From Moniliella sp. 'wahieum' (taxonomy: Eukaryota), in NCBI GenBank assembly GCA_003971905.1, contig RSEE01000031.1, positions 620,001-683,431 of the forward strand: 63,431 nucleotides of DNA, written 5' to 3'. The notes below the pieces were generated by a model. It had not been told where the DNA came from, did no database searches, and worked only from the letters and a program-made list of their open reading frames with translations. Shown piece by piece: positions 25,623 through 37,932 of this stretch; the first letter of the stretch is position 1; every line of letters begins with the position of its first letter. A program made the position numbers and the translations under genes.

Positions 25623-26585
25623 GGCGAAGGGTGGGAGGTAGATGTTGATGTTGAACGGATCCGTACGGTATGGTGCGTGGTTATATACACAACCAGGAGG
25701 GTAGCTAGCAGAGAAATGTGGGCCGAAGAAGCTAGAAAGGTGGTCGATCTGATTGAGGCATGGACAGGAACGCATGAGCGCAGTTAATCCAGCGAGGGTG
25801 AGACTGGTCTAGTGCGGCGCCCCACGCTAGTTGTGTGCCCGGAGTGCACGGTCCCTTGACTGATGGCGCCAGACCACGGTTGGTAGGGATCAAACTTTAT
25901 TAACTCTCGGCATTGCAACAGGGACAACTCGCCCTGGGCGGAGCATGTTCGAACAGGTGACTTCGCCGAGTTCCGTGCCGGCAAATCAAACTTGGTGCGC
26001 GGCCACCACAACCACCTGCCAACTCTGCGTCCCGCATGCCTCATCGTTCTTCCGCTCGTCCGCAGTACTACTAATGCACTCCATGATCATTCTTCCATCG
26101 ACATCCAACTGCCGGCGGGAGGATGTTGGAGAGGCACATATGATCAGCTTCAATTGATGGATCCACATGCACGCGTGCCATCTGTATATCATCTGTTTAC
26201 TGTCATCGATAATCAACGTTCAAAGCCAAACAATACATTTGGGTAACCAGTAACATCAGACCAGCTGTGAACTGCTGTGGAAGGGAAACACCGGTACATC
26301 GGGGACATTTTGGGAATGGTGCACAAGGTCGATAAGTTCGATATCATCCAAAAGGCTTTAAAGCTTTTGATACTTGAAGCCCCTGCCGAGATTGGAACAT
26401 GCTATATCACGACGGCTACCAGTCGAAAGTCTAAAGGCCATGTGGGTAGAAATGCAAAAGTAAGACTCGAGGACGGTGTGCGAGCTCGCACACTTTTTTA
26501 CCACATCTTCCACATGCATATACCATCTGTTAGATAGAAAGCAGAAGGAACAAGGAGAGGAGAGAGGGGAGGGGGTGCGGCGAAA

Positions 26586-29059
26586 TTAAGCCTTGCCAGC
26601 TTGAGCAGCCATCAGATTCAGCGCCGAGCCCGCCTTGAACCAGCCAATTTGACCCTCGTTGTAAGTGTGGGCAAGGGGAATCTTGTCTTCCGAGCCGTCC
26701 TCGTGGTGGGCAACCAGCGTGATGGTCGAGCCAGGCGCCATCTCCGTCACGCCCTCAAGGTCGACCAAGTCGTGGGCTTGATCTTGTCATAGTCCTTGGG
26801 GTCCTTAAAGGTAAGCGCGAGCATGCCCTGCTTCTTGAGGTTGGTCTCGTGGATACGGGCAAAGGAGCGGGTGATGATCGCCCGGCCGCCGAGGTAGCGG
26901 GGCTCCAAAGCAGCGTGCTCACGCGACGAGCCCTCACCGTAGTTCTCATCACCAATCACAACCCACGGCTTGCCGTGCTCGCGGTAGTAGATGGCCGTCG
27001 CTGGCACAGCCCCCATTCGCCAGTGAACTTGTTCTGCACCTCGTTGGCCTTACCGTTGGCCTCGTTGATCGCGCCAATCAGACAGTTGTTCGAGATGTTC
27101 TGCAAGTGGCCACGGTACTTGAGCCAGGGGCCACCAGCCGAGATGTGGTCGGTGGTGCACTTGCCCTTGGCCTTGATCAGAATGGGCAGGCCCGTAGGGT
27201 TCTTGCCATCCCACTTGGCAAACGGCGCAAGCTTCTGCAGACGGTCCGACTCGGGGCTGATCGCCACGTTGATCGAGGCACCATCAGCAGGAGGAGCCTG
27301 GTAAGTGTTCTCACCAGGGTCGTAGCCCTTAGCCGGAAGCTCAATGCCCTTGGGCTCAGAGAACTTGAACTCCTTTCCGTCAGCGCCCTTGAGCGAGTCG
27401 GTCAGGGGGTTGAAGGTGAGGCGGCCGGCAAAGGCCATGGCCGTCACCATGTCGGGCGAGGCAACGAACGCGTGCGTGGCAGGGTTGGCGTCGTTACGGC
27501 CAGTAAAGTTACGGTTGTACGAGGTGATGATCGAGTTCTTCTCGCCCTTGGCAACATCCTTGCGGTCCCATTGGCCAATGCAAGGGCCGCATGCGTTGGC
27601 AAGCACGATACCACCCGCCTTCTCTAGCGTCTCCATCTGGCCATCACGCTCAATCGTAGCGCGGATCTGCTCCGAGCCGGGCGTGACAGTGTAGCCCGAA
27701 ACGGTCTTGAGGCCGTGAGATTCAGCCTCGGCAGCAATGTACGCGGCACGGCTCATGTCCTCGTACGACGAGTTGGTGCACGAGCCAATGAGAGCCACCT
27801 TGAGCTCCTCGGGCCAGTCGTCTTCTTGACCGCCTCAGCAAACTTGGAGATGGGAGTAGCAAGGTCAGGGGTGAAGGGGCCATTGATGTGGGGCTCGAGG
27901 TTGTCAAGGTCAATGGTGATGTGCTTGTCGTAGGAGGCGTCGGCGTCGGGAAGGAGGTACTTCTGGAACTTGGAAGCGTACGCAGCAATGTCACCACGCT
28001 TGGTCGCCTTGAGGTAGGCCTCAGTGCGCTCGTTGAAGGGGAAGAGCGAGGTGGTCGCGCCAATCTCAGCACCCATGTTGCAGATCGTGGCCATGCCGGT
28101 AGCCGAGAGGGACGAGACCCGTGCCCTTGTACTCGATGATGGCACCAGTGCCACCCTTGACAGTGAGCTCGCCGGCGACCTTGAGAATGACGTCCTTGGG
28201 CGCCGTCCAGCCCGACAGCTTGCCCTTCAGCTCCACACCGACCACCTTGGGGCACTTGAGCTCCCAAGGCAGGTTGGCCATCACATCCACCGCATCAGCT
28301 CCACCAACACCGCAGGCAATCATGTTGAGACCACCAGCGTTAGGAGTGTGCGAGTCGGTACCAATCATCAGACCACCGGGGAAGGCGTAGTTCTCGAGAA
28401 TGATTTGGTGGATGATACCCGAGCCAGGCTTCCAGAAGCCAATGCCGTACTTGGCCGTGCAAGTAGCAAGGAAGTCGTACACCTCCTTGTTGATCTGCTT
28501 GGCACGAGCAAGGTCGGCCTCACCGCCCACCTGAGCCTGGATCAAGTGGTCACAGTGCACAGTAGTAGGAACAGCCGTCTTGGGCAGGCCAGCCGACATG
28601 AACTGGAGCAGGGCCATCTGGGCCGTAGCGTCCTGGCAAGCGACGCGCTGTATAGGCAAGAAAAAAAGTTAGCGCCTAGCCCAGGGACGCGTGTCAGAAC
28701 AGAGGCAAGATACGCACGTCCGGGCGCAGCTTGAGGTACGAAACGCCACGCTCAATGTCCTGGGTGTGGGGGTTGTCCAAATGGCCGTAGAGGATCTTCT
28801 CCGACATGGTCAGTGGGCGATTGAGACGTTCCTTGACAATCTGGAGGTTGTCGTAGATGCGCTTGTAGTTGATAAAGTGGCCCTTGCCGACCTCGAGAGG
28901 CGACATCTCGACCTTCTCGCTGAACATCGCGGGGTCCACGTCGGGGACCTGCTCAGCGACAGTGGCCGAGGCGTACCCGCGGGTGGCAGCAGGGACGCGA
29001 GTGCCGGCCAGGGCGGCACCACGGCGAGCGGAAGTGCGGAAAAGCTGGGCAGCGAGCAT
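26586..29059 (-). CDS. ACO1: Mitochondrial aconitate hydratase; intron 28717-28648; several frameshifts
   Basis: Presequence '[13 protein letters not shown]'; '[20 protein letters not shown]', 'HCDHLI', '[11 protein letters not shown]', '[11 protein letters not shown]', '[10 protein letters not shown]', '[11 protein letters not shown]', '[10 protein letters not shown]', 'WFKAGSALN'. Confidence 0.97.
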
Positions 29060-31755
29060 GACTACGACTGCGCGGGGGTGGTGGTGAAGGGGAAGAAGGC
29101 GCGGAAGGAGGCCCCAGCTTTATGAGGTTCGAGAAGGAAAGCCCAGAAAGACGAAGTGTGCCTGGGCGGTGCGGTGCTGTGCTGTGCTGCCCTGCCAGGT
29201 GCAACTATCCACCCAGCGGCGGATGCGGGGAAACGGGCGCCATGCCACAGTGCTCACCCATCATCCCGCACCCGCCCACTGTAGCACACGGGCGCCACGC
29301 TGCAGAGCCCATAAATTCTGGCTCGCATTGGGCTTCTCCTGCATGCATCATGCATCATGGTGCACCAGCCATTTCACGCAGACAGCCCCCGAGCTGGGGC
29401 GCCCGCAACCCTACCGAACGCTTACAAATGATTGAACAGCGGCGGCTACAGCTGCGGCCTACTGCCCGCTTCCCCATTGGCGGAAAGCGCACCCGCATGC
29501 AGGAACTCATGGCAGCACATGGCCGGTGTCCTGTTCGATCCCCTGACGTCATGTGTGTAAACACGCCTGTGTTGCAGACCAACTTCGGTCACCTGGTCAT
29601 CCCAGTCATCGCACTTGACGCGAACGTGCCTACTAAACGAAGACCTTGGCATGGGGCATGTTTGCTGAAGGGAGTTTAGGGTTACATCACACATCACATG
29701 TGATTGCCAGTCTGAGCATGGCGCTTCTTGTGCGGCGTACGCGGGTGGGGTCGCGAAGAATACAACAAGATGGATCTGTCGAAGAGCGCATTCTGCCTTG
29801 CGCTTTCTGGTGGGTGGCGGGCAATTAGACAAGGCGCACCACTCAATCCTATATTACGATCCCAATTTGGACCCTGAAGAGCGGTGGCTCAGGTACGCAC
29901 GCCACACTGATGGTGTGGGCATATGCAGAGAAGAGATATAATCTCTCTTCGGGATTATAATCAACACAGAGATCTATACTGTTTTGCTCTGTCAAGCGTC
30001 AAAAGCTTCATCCATCTTCTGGTGTATTGTTTCCACATCCCTCCCATCTCTCTTTCCTTGATCGCTTTGCACAATACGAAAATCGGAGACCAGGCAAACC
30101 AGGCAGACGCCAAAAATTCGGGTCGGGAAGTTCTTGAGGAGTGTCAGGGCACCGCCAGAGGGCCGGGGGGGGTTAGGGCCACAATCCCTTTTTGAGGTCA
30201 TAAGGCAGACTCACGGTTTTTACGCGCTTGGGCTGGTTGGTGAGTACGAGCGGGGCTAAGGCAAGGAGAGGCCTCTCGGTGTGTAGCAGATGCGGCTGCA
30301 AGCCTTGTGGCGAGGCTACGTAGCACAGGTTTGGGGGACAGTGGCGTATCTGAAGCCTTCGGGCTCAGAGAATGGGAGTAGTATAACGGAGAACAAACCT
30401 GCTAGGCTTCAGCTGAACTGGGACTGAAGGCGGCGTGGCTATTAGAAGCGGGATCACATGCGGTTAAACTGAGCTGGGTGTCGACGTCGCAAGGGAATGT
30501 ATGCGCGAACGGGATTAACTGAGGGACGGAGAGCTGAAGACGGGAGCTGGAGTGATCGGTCACACACACATGTCCACCGGCTGTGTGTATGACCCCGTTC
30601 CAGATCTTCTTTGACCCCTTTGTGTCTCTCCCTCATCACGATTCGTTTACCCTGTGATTGCATCGCCTTCTCTGGTATATAAGACACCATTCCATCCAGC
30701 CTAATGAATACCATCGGCATCCAAAACAATCCCCTTCCTACATGATGGATGAGGTTGAGCAGCTGAGGGGCTACTAAGAGAAGGAGTTGCCTGTGTTGGT
30801 TGATCAATTGGTGAGGAAAGTAGGGAGAGACGCCGATGGACCGTGGGGGGAAATCACGAACCATTGCTAACAGACAGGGACTAAAAGGGAAATAACGCAA
30901 TCGAGGAAGAGTGAGGAACGTAGGGAGGGGGAAACAAGAGACGGTTGCCGCACGGACAACCTATAGAAAGGTAAGGTAAACGGCTCCGGGGGGGACTATC
31001 GTCGTAAAGGAAACTACTGACAATTGGGTGGCCATGCGGTAGCAACCAATTCACTCGTGGGCAAGAGGCGACTATTGTCGCTCGGATACGTGGAACAGGT
31101 AACCGTGCTGGCGGTCTTGCCAGCCGCGATAGATCTGAGTTGAATATGGGAGTGTGCTATATTGTTGGGCAGAGCGCACGGGCCTCAGTTGAGATAGGGT
31201 CAGATCGAATCTGACCCCATAACCAGTCGGGAGACGGGGTTAGGAACGCGAAGGGGGCGCATAATAGGCTCCGCCGGGCATACCAGCCCGTCTTCTCCAG
31301 TGACAGTTATAATGGATTATAGAGGTCGCACCCAGACGACATGACCCACCACCATCCTCGCCAGCACCTCTCCCGCTCGGCCACATACTTCCTTCTCCCC
31401 ATCGTCCCAAGCACGAGCCGCGCTTGACACGTGACGAGAATTCTACCGATCTATGATCGGACCCGCCATGTGGTCGCCGCGCATGTCTCTTCCAGACACC
31501 TTGTTTGCAACTACATTATTCTTTTGGCTCTTTTTTGGATGACACCATTCCCTCCGCTTGACATCTGACCACGAAAGACCCTCCTCGAATTGCACATATG
31601 GATGCTTCCTTTGCCTCGGACAAGCGGTGTTCAAGGTCTGTTTCTGGGTACTTGGCCATACACGGGCGGGTGTAAAAATTAATATATAATTTTGCTTAGA
31701 TGACCACATCACCCAAAAATGCGTAGAATTTGGTGCGGAACGTTTTTGACATTGC

Positions 31756-31893
31756 GGCCACATGAGGTTAAGCGCTTTGGCCCAAGAGGTCAAGCGCTTT
31801 GGCCACATGAAGTCAAGCGCTTTGGCCACATGCGCTCAATGGCTTTGGCCACATGCGCTCAAGCCCTTAGCTCAAATGTGCCCAAACGCTTAG
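31756..31893. repeat. Minisatellite, ~23-bp unit, about 6 degenerate copies
   Basis: GGCCACATGAGGTTAAGCGCTTT / GGCCCAAGAGGTCAAGCGCTTT / GGCCACATGAAGTCAAGCGCTTT / GGCCACATGCGCTCAATGGCTTT / GGCCACATGCGCTCAAGCCCTTA / GCTCAAATGTGCCCAAACGCTTA. Confidence 0.9.
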
Positions 31894-31999
31894 CTGTTGA
31901 TTGGATGCGTGCTTGTAGGCTCTCCAACCGGCTGGCTGGCATCGATCCAGAACAACTAGATTTATAGGCAGGGTAGGTATTTTTTAGGTATGGAATGCA

Positions 32000-33160
32000 T
32001 TCGAAGATCGTTGGGAAGCGATGACACGGCAACCACGGTTAGGTGTGACGTCAGACGGAAGCACCACAACGTAGTAGAGCAGCGAGCGGTTCAGAAAGTG
32101 GCAGGTTAGTGTGAGGGGAGTGCGCACTAGGGAGAAGCTGGCCAAGTGAGCAGCAGCATAGGGTTAGCGAGAGACACAGAAGATGTGCGACGGACTCACG
32201 GGTCAGGCGATCAAGACGCCCAGTAGCGAGGGCAAGCGGGATGAAGTCGGAATGTACACTGGTAGGGCGAACAAGGTTAGGAACAGCGTTGGCATATAAC
32301 AGAGAAGGGACGTACGACGGCGAAACAGGTCAGATGAGTCGAGGCGAACAAGACGAGACGAACCAACCGTGGGATTCCGTGCATGCAGCAGCTGGGTAGA
32401 CAGTGTCAGTGGCAGGACAACTCCAAGCGCGAAGCACGGGCGACGTACGATGGCAAGGCAGACCAGCCAAGCGAGAGGACCTCAGGCGAGGCAAAATGGA
32501 ACCAGACGGAGAAGGCCGAAGGTGAGCGAAACGGTGCATGCACGTCATGCATGCGACCCACCAGGTCAGCGGAAGTGTGGGGAATGCGGAGGAAGCGGGC
32601 ACGTACGATGGCGCTGCGGATCAGGTGAAACGAGGGCAAGATGGCCCGCGAGGGGGAGTCTGTGTAGGCGGGGTCGCAACGAGCGCTGGTGGGAAGAGAA
32701 CACATACGACAAAAGCAATGCAGACAGTGAGAGGGGGCCGGGCGAGAGGCAGAGGGGGCGTTCAACAGCTACTGATGACGAGGCGAGGAGGACGGAGTGT
32801 GGCGGGAGAGGGAATGGAGACGTGCGGCAGCAATGCAGACCAGGCGAGGAGAACCGAGCGATGGGGGCGGGACTAGCAAAAGGCGGTCAGTAAGCAGTGC
32901 ATGCAGGCAGCAACGATGGTGATGTTGATGTCCAGGGGAAGAAGATGGTGCTGTTGCGCCGTGGCACAGAGCACTCTGCGATGTGCTGGCTGCAGAGATG
33001 GGATACTGGTTGCTACGGGCGCAATGAGGGGCGGTGGTGAGGGACAGGATGCAACCACAGAGGAGCAGGAGGTTAAAAGGAGGCGCGTGTGGCGCATCCA
33101 ATCTGTGCGCACAGGCCAATCTGGGCCACGCCAGGGGCCTATAGGTAAGCTATTATATCT
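32000..33160 (-). ncRNA. Putative multi-intron transcript with no evident ORF (lncRNA, spliced leader or micro-exon gene)
   Basis: Minus-strand canonical introns 32707-32660, 32448-32392, 32315-32259 and 32199-32138 (GTAYGT/GTGAGT donors, mostly with CTRAC branch, CAG acceptors); TATA-like site at ~33153. Boundaries approximate. Confidence 0.45.
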
Positions 33161-34229
33161 GTCTAACGCCTCAACACTAGCGGCCCCCTGCAGCAGTGTT
33201 CGAGGGTCTAATCATCTCAATCAAGAGCGGCATTTTGACTTTGCCTATTTGCGACTTGCTGCGGTACGCCTGTTGCGACGGTGACTGGCTTCACCGAACG
33301 CGGCGCATGTGCCCTCTCTAGCCCCGAGACTCCAAGGGCTCCCCGAAGATTGCTGATGCGCGCGTAAGTCAACGACTAGTAGCCTTGTCCAGTAGCCCTC
33401 GTCCTGCTTCCTACCACCAACGCCTATCTCTCGCCCGCAATCGATCGCCTACGCTACTGTCCCAAACGCTTCAGCATCCAATGCGGTCTCCATAGCCGGG
33501 TGAATCGCTATACAGGTCACGATTATCCTCACTTGAGCTTTACTAGTGACTAGTGACCTACGGTGTTACATCAAGTGTTACATCAAGCTTCAAGTGAATG
33601 GGCACCACATGACTTTTTACAAGCTGGGGCGAAGCCCCACTTTCCCTGGCCGTAGGCCCGGTGGTCGCCTCGTGACTTGTTATGTTCACGCGTTCACGCA
33701 CGATGCACCAAAGTGCTTGCGATATACGGTGAGACGAACCGCATCAGTATGGTCTGTGTGTTTCGACCAGGGGCTATCGCCCCTGGTCGAGGTCAAGGAA
33801 CTCCGACGTTGTAACCATTCCATTTAGCTTTTGTGTTGGCTTTGTCCATGATCTCCGCAGCCCTAAGGTATATAGCCTCTGTTGCTCTTTCATGCTCCCT
33901 TGTATTTGGCGTGTCGTTGGCTGGCGTATTCGACCATCACACTACCAACACTATAGTGCTACCGCATCACCTATCAGGGTGGCCATCTGGACTGCGCCAC
34001 TCTCATCTTCAGATAGGGGATCACGAATGTAATACGCCTTGGAAGAGCATCAAAGAAGCGGGAGAGCGTGCGTCTCTGGGAGGGGGGCAAGTTTTTAAGG
34101 TTGAGGGGACAAGGTTTAAGGTTAGAGGGGGCCGCGATCGTCTGCCGGACCTGTGACAAAAAGCACCCACTAATGCATATCATATGTACAACTCATCTCG
34201 CCCATCCTTTTACCAAGTCGCCACCGCCA

Positions 34230-35433
34230 TGTTTCGACGTCGGCTCACAAAAATGCCGATCGATGGAACGAGCTCGCACGCGTGCACAATAGGACAGACG
34301 CATCTGCTGTACCTTTTCCCGCGGCCTGGTTCATGTGAAGCAGGACGAGAGGTTGCTGTATCAGTTCCCTGCTTGCCCAGTTCGACCGATGTCCGGTTTC
34401 ATGCACTCAACAGGTACAGCCACAACGTGGTGCTGGGTGCGAGGATGGGGGCCAGTCACGCCATTGACGAGGTGGCCGAAGAGCGAGCATGCCCCAGCCA
34501 CCTGACGCATGCTCGCCTTCCCCTGCTTCCCGTGCCTCCTCGCCTGTAGACACTACCATGGCCGAGGACGAGTTATGCCAGACGTAGCCCAGTGTTTCCT
34601 TTGGACCACCTTCAAGAGCCCACGGGCGTGTCCTTTGCCGCCGCGGGCGCATGACAACCCGCTCGGCGCCCCGAATGAGCGTGTCGAGCAAATCCGCAAC
34701 CAAGAGACTGATATTCATCAGCGATCTCAATACGGAGGGTATCCCTGGCGCAGAGGGCACCAATATCCGAGCTAGGGGTTTGTTGGCTAACCTAAAGACT
34801 GGGGTTGGGAAGGATGTGCGCACTATGCTTGTGGCTCTCCCATTCGCGGCACTCCCCATCCTTGAGACCGGAAAAGAGGCCAACGATGAGAAGGAGCTCA
34901 CGTTTCCGATTCCGGTTTATGACGCTATCGTCGCGGCAGCCGACCTGCATGGTTTGCTTTCCCGGATATCGTACCCTGCTGCCGGGCAGGCCAGGGCGCA
35001 GTTCATGGTACGTCCCACAGCCTTGATTGATATACGGGTTTAGACCCTGACATGCCTGTTATGGCTGGAATAGTACCGGGCGACCCAGACTGCATACCGA
35101 CTGATCGAACGCCTTTCGAGACTCGGCCCCGACAGCGCCATGATCGCGACCCGACCGAACCCCCATCTCCTCCTGGCGCATACGTCTGATGCGCTCGAAT
35201 TGTTCGGCCCTCTCCAGAACACGGACGCTGCCAGATTCGAGGGTCGCGTGAAGCACATCTGTGCGTCCGTTGCCCATTGCAACTTCTACAAGCTCCCGGG
35301 TGACACCTTTTCGTACAACGTCATGATCTCCGAGAAGATTCTGCACCACTCTTCACCGGGGTACGATGTGTCTATTAGTGATGGCTCGGTGGTGGCTCGG
35401 CCTGGGGCTCTTCCCGGGGTGCTGGAGCAATAA
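34230..35433 (+). mobile_element. Transposase-derived ORF, C-terminal part of a CMC/EnSpm-like basidiomycete transposase, with intron 35008-35073
   Basis: Spliced ...AQFM|YRATQTAYRLIERL...; 'PNPHLLLAHTSDALELFGPLQNTDAARFE' resembles the H-L-x-H...FGP...FE motif of CACTA/CMC-type transposases. No terminal inverted repeats identified. Confidence 0.55.
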
Positions 35434-37048
35434 GGGAAGGAAGAGCCCACTACGACTCTGATGGCATCGATATTCCACGAGTAGTGCTGGCCCCATCCAA
35501 TAACAGGATTGCAACGAACGGTGCCATGCACCTGTGGGACGAGCGCGCGCCAAGAAGAAAACACCTGCCGTGGTCGCTGTCGGAGGAGGGGCAACAGCGA
35601 CGACTCTTCGGACAGTGATAATGATTGATGCGAGTATCAAATGGACATGCATTGCGCGATGAGGATGAGTATAGGTTTGGTGGCAGTCGTCAGTCATCAG
35701 TAGCCAGGCCATAGGGTGGTGCGCATCCCGGACACATCAGCCGGAACCTCTCGAGACGTGAGATGGGGCCATGGGCGGCGCTTTGACATGATGCGCATGC
35801 GCACATAAGCTTCTTTTGCCGGCGAACGAGCCAGGTGACGGATGACTGTCATGCGTCCCACCCGCAGGGGCATGGCCGAAGCGAAGGGGCGGTTATGGAG
35901 TAAGAGGCCAGACGGTGAGGCGTGGGTTGCAAGCCCCAAATGACTGTCGCCACAAGCGTCGGGTCTCTGCCACCAGCCTCTTCAGCCCCACTCCGCTTAT
36001 CCAGCCGATCTACCCATTTTCCAATCCCGCCATTACCCATATTTCAATTTTTCACACCCGCCCGTGTAGGTGATGGACCGAAGCACTCTTTGTGCGCAAC
36101 ATTCTTTTGAGCTGGGTATCTGCTCCAGCACTTACCCCATCCATCTCTTTTTTGTGGGCAGCATTGCAGGCACAATGCGCTATCAGAGAAACTCGGAAGC
36201 CGGGGTAACATCCGCGAAATCGACATGCAGTATCACAGATGCGAGAACCCATCCATTATCGCGGCGCATATGTGTGGTTCCCCAAGTCCCTGCGGTCGTT
36301 CATCTCCCTGATTGTCTCACCAAACCTCTGTTGGTATCCCCAAACTCCTTTCTACTTCTCAGCAATTCGTTTGCTCCTCTTTCTTCTCGACTGATGATTC
36401 TTTCTTAACACATTTGGGCCTACGGATTTCTTGTGGTCCTTTGGCCCGGAGCAGGTTGTTCGTGTTGTGTTTTTCGGAAAACGCCCCTTCAGTTCCCCCT
36501 CAAGCCTACGAGTTTCGTTGTTTTCTCTCGCTTCTGTTGTTTTCCTTGTTCCGTGGCCTGACCCGTGGCGGCGACGGGCTGCTTCGTGGTTCATGTTGCT
36601 CTGCAGGCTTTGCTGGTTTTGGCTTACACCATCACCACCACTGGTGCGATTGCATACCCTCGAAGATCTTCAGGACTCCTGATCTCATCACGCGAAGATA
36701 GCGCAAAACTTTTTGGACCGCAAGTCGATGAACTAATACTGATGAGTGAATGTCACTGTGTGCATGGTTTAGTAGGAGCTGGGCAGTGGAGCTAACAGAA
36801 TGTGTGTGAGCGACACCGTTGGTTACCCAACTTTTACCAGTACCTTGCCTTGATTGGTAACGGCATCGGGGCTCAGCTGTGCTGTTGTAAGCGCCTCGTT
36901 AATGTGTAAGGGAGGGGTGAAGTGTATAAGCGCTAAGCACAGAAGGTCGCAGGACGCTCATCATGCATCATGCATCATCGACCACTAGACCACTAGTAAT
37001 TAGTCACGGGTCGTTGGTACCCGGTCCCCGGTCAGGTCAGTCACCTAG

Positions 37049-37159
37049 TCACCGGTCATCGGTCATCGGTCATCGGCATCGGTCATCGATCATCAGTCAC
37101 TAGTCATTAGTCATTAGTCATGCATCATACATCATGCATCATGCATCATGCATCATGCG
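37049..37159. repeat. 16-unit (TCA-N4)n heptad array
   Basis: tca ccgg|tca tcgg|tca tcgg|tca tcgg|ca tcgg|tca tcga|tca tcag|tca ctag|tca ttag|tca ttag|tca tgca|tca taca|tca tgca|tca tgca|tca tgca|tca tgcg. Confidence 0.92.
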
Positions 37160-37932
37160 CCGTGTACCATGCATATATGACTGTGGGACATGTGGGACGG
37201 CAAGTGAGGGCCTGAGCGTGCGAGCAGCGACTGCAGTGTTAATGACCGATGACCGAGTGACCCTAGTGAAATAGTGGTATTGGCACTGGGGAAGCGCCAA
37301 GAGGCAAGGGACTGCATACTGCACCCTATGCATTACTACAGGGTACTGGGGGTTGCTGCACTCTAGTGCTTGGTCCTTTTTGGGTTGCACCCTGTCTTTG
37401 AAAATGTCCGATGAGTACGTGGGTTGTTCGAACATGTAAGTGGACAGCTTGGCTGTTTGAATTGCATCTGCGTTGCATTGATGAATTGTGGATTGGAGAG
37501 GATTGGATTGCATTGCGTTCAAGTGCCTTGCGTTGCAACGCACGGTATATCCGTTGCAGTAAGTACTAAGTTGCCTTCCTTAACATTTAATTCTACCAAC
37601 ATGGCTGCGTCGGGAAGGCGATTTTCTGGCTGGCTGCCTTGCGCTGCTCCAGTGCAAGCTCAGCTTGCAACTCGGGTTGTCTTCCCCAGCCATGCCTTGA
37701 CTAACCCGTACACCTCGCCACCATCCCCTCTTGCCGCCTTCCAGCCTCTGCCAAGCGTCTGCACAGCAGCAACATTGCTATCCAGTCCTCAATTCGGCTC
37801 AACACGGCATCACACTGTGTCTCTGTGATAATCGATCACGGCCGGCAAAACCATACGGCGGTGGTACAGATTTTCTTGCCAGAGGGTCGGCGATCTGTGC
37901 CCAGTAGCTAGCTACCTCTGGCGGAATCTGCC

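Noticed and set aside
24211..28734. Long plus-strand ORFs (e.g. 24847-25578, 27106-27627, 28024-28734)
   Set aside because: Antisense shadows of the strongly codon-biased enolase and aconitase genes.
26586..29059. Aconitase and other genes as pseudogenes or programmed-frameshift genes
   Set aside because: Frameshifts are scattered over nearly all genes with motifs intact and no consistent slippery signal; sequencing error is more parsimonious.
31756..31893. Possible CRISPR array
   Set aside because: Units are head-to-tail with no unique spacers, no cas genes are present and the context is eukaryotic.
32138..32707. Intronic snoRNA host gene
   Set aside because: Introns are only 48-62 nt and show no clear box C (RUGAUGA)/box D pairs or H/ACA layout.
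36300..36700. Minus-strand Lys/Glu-rich coding-like stretch
   Set aside because: Multiple stops and no recognisable family; may be decayed sequence.
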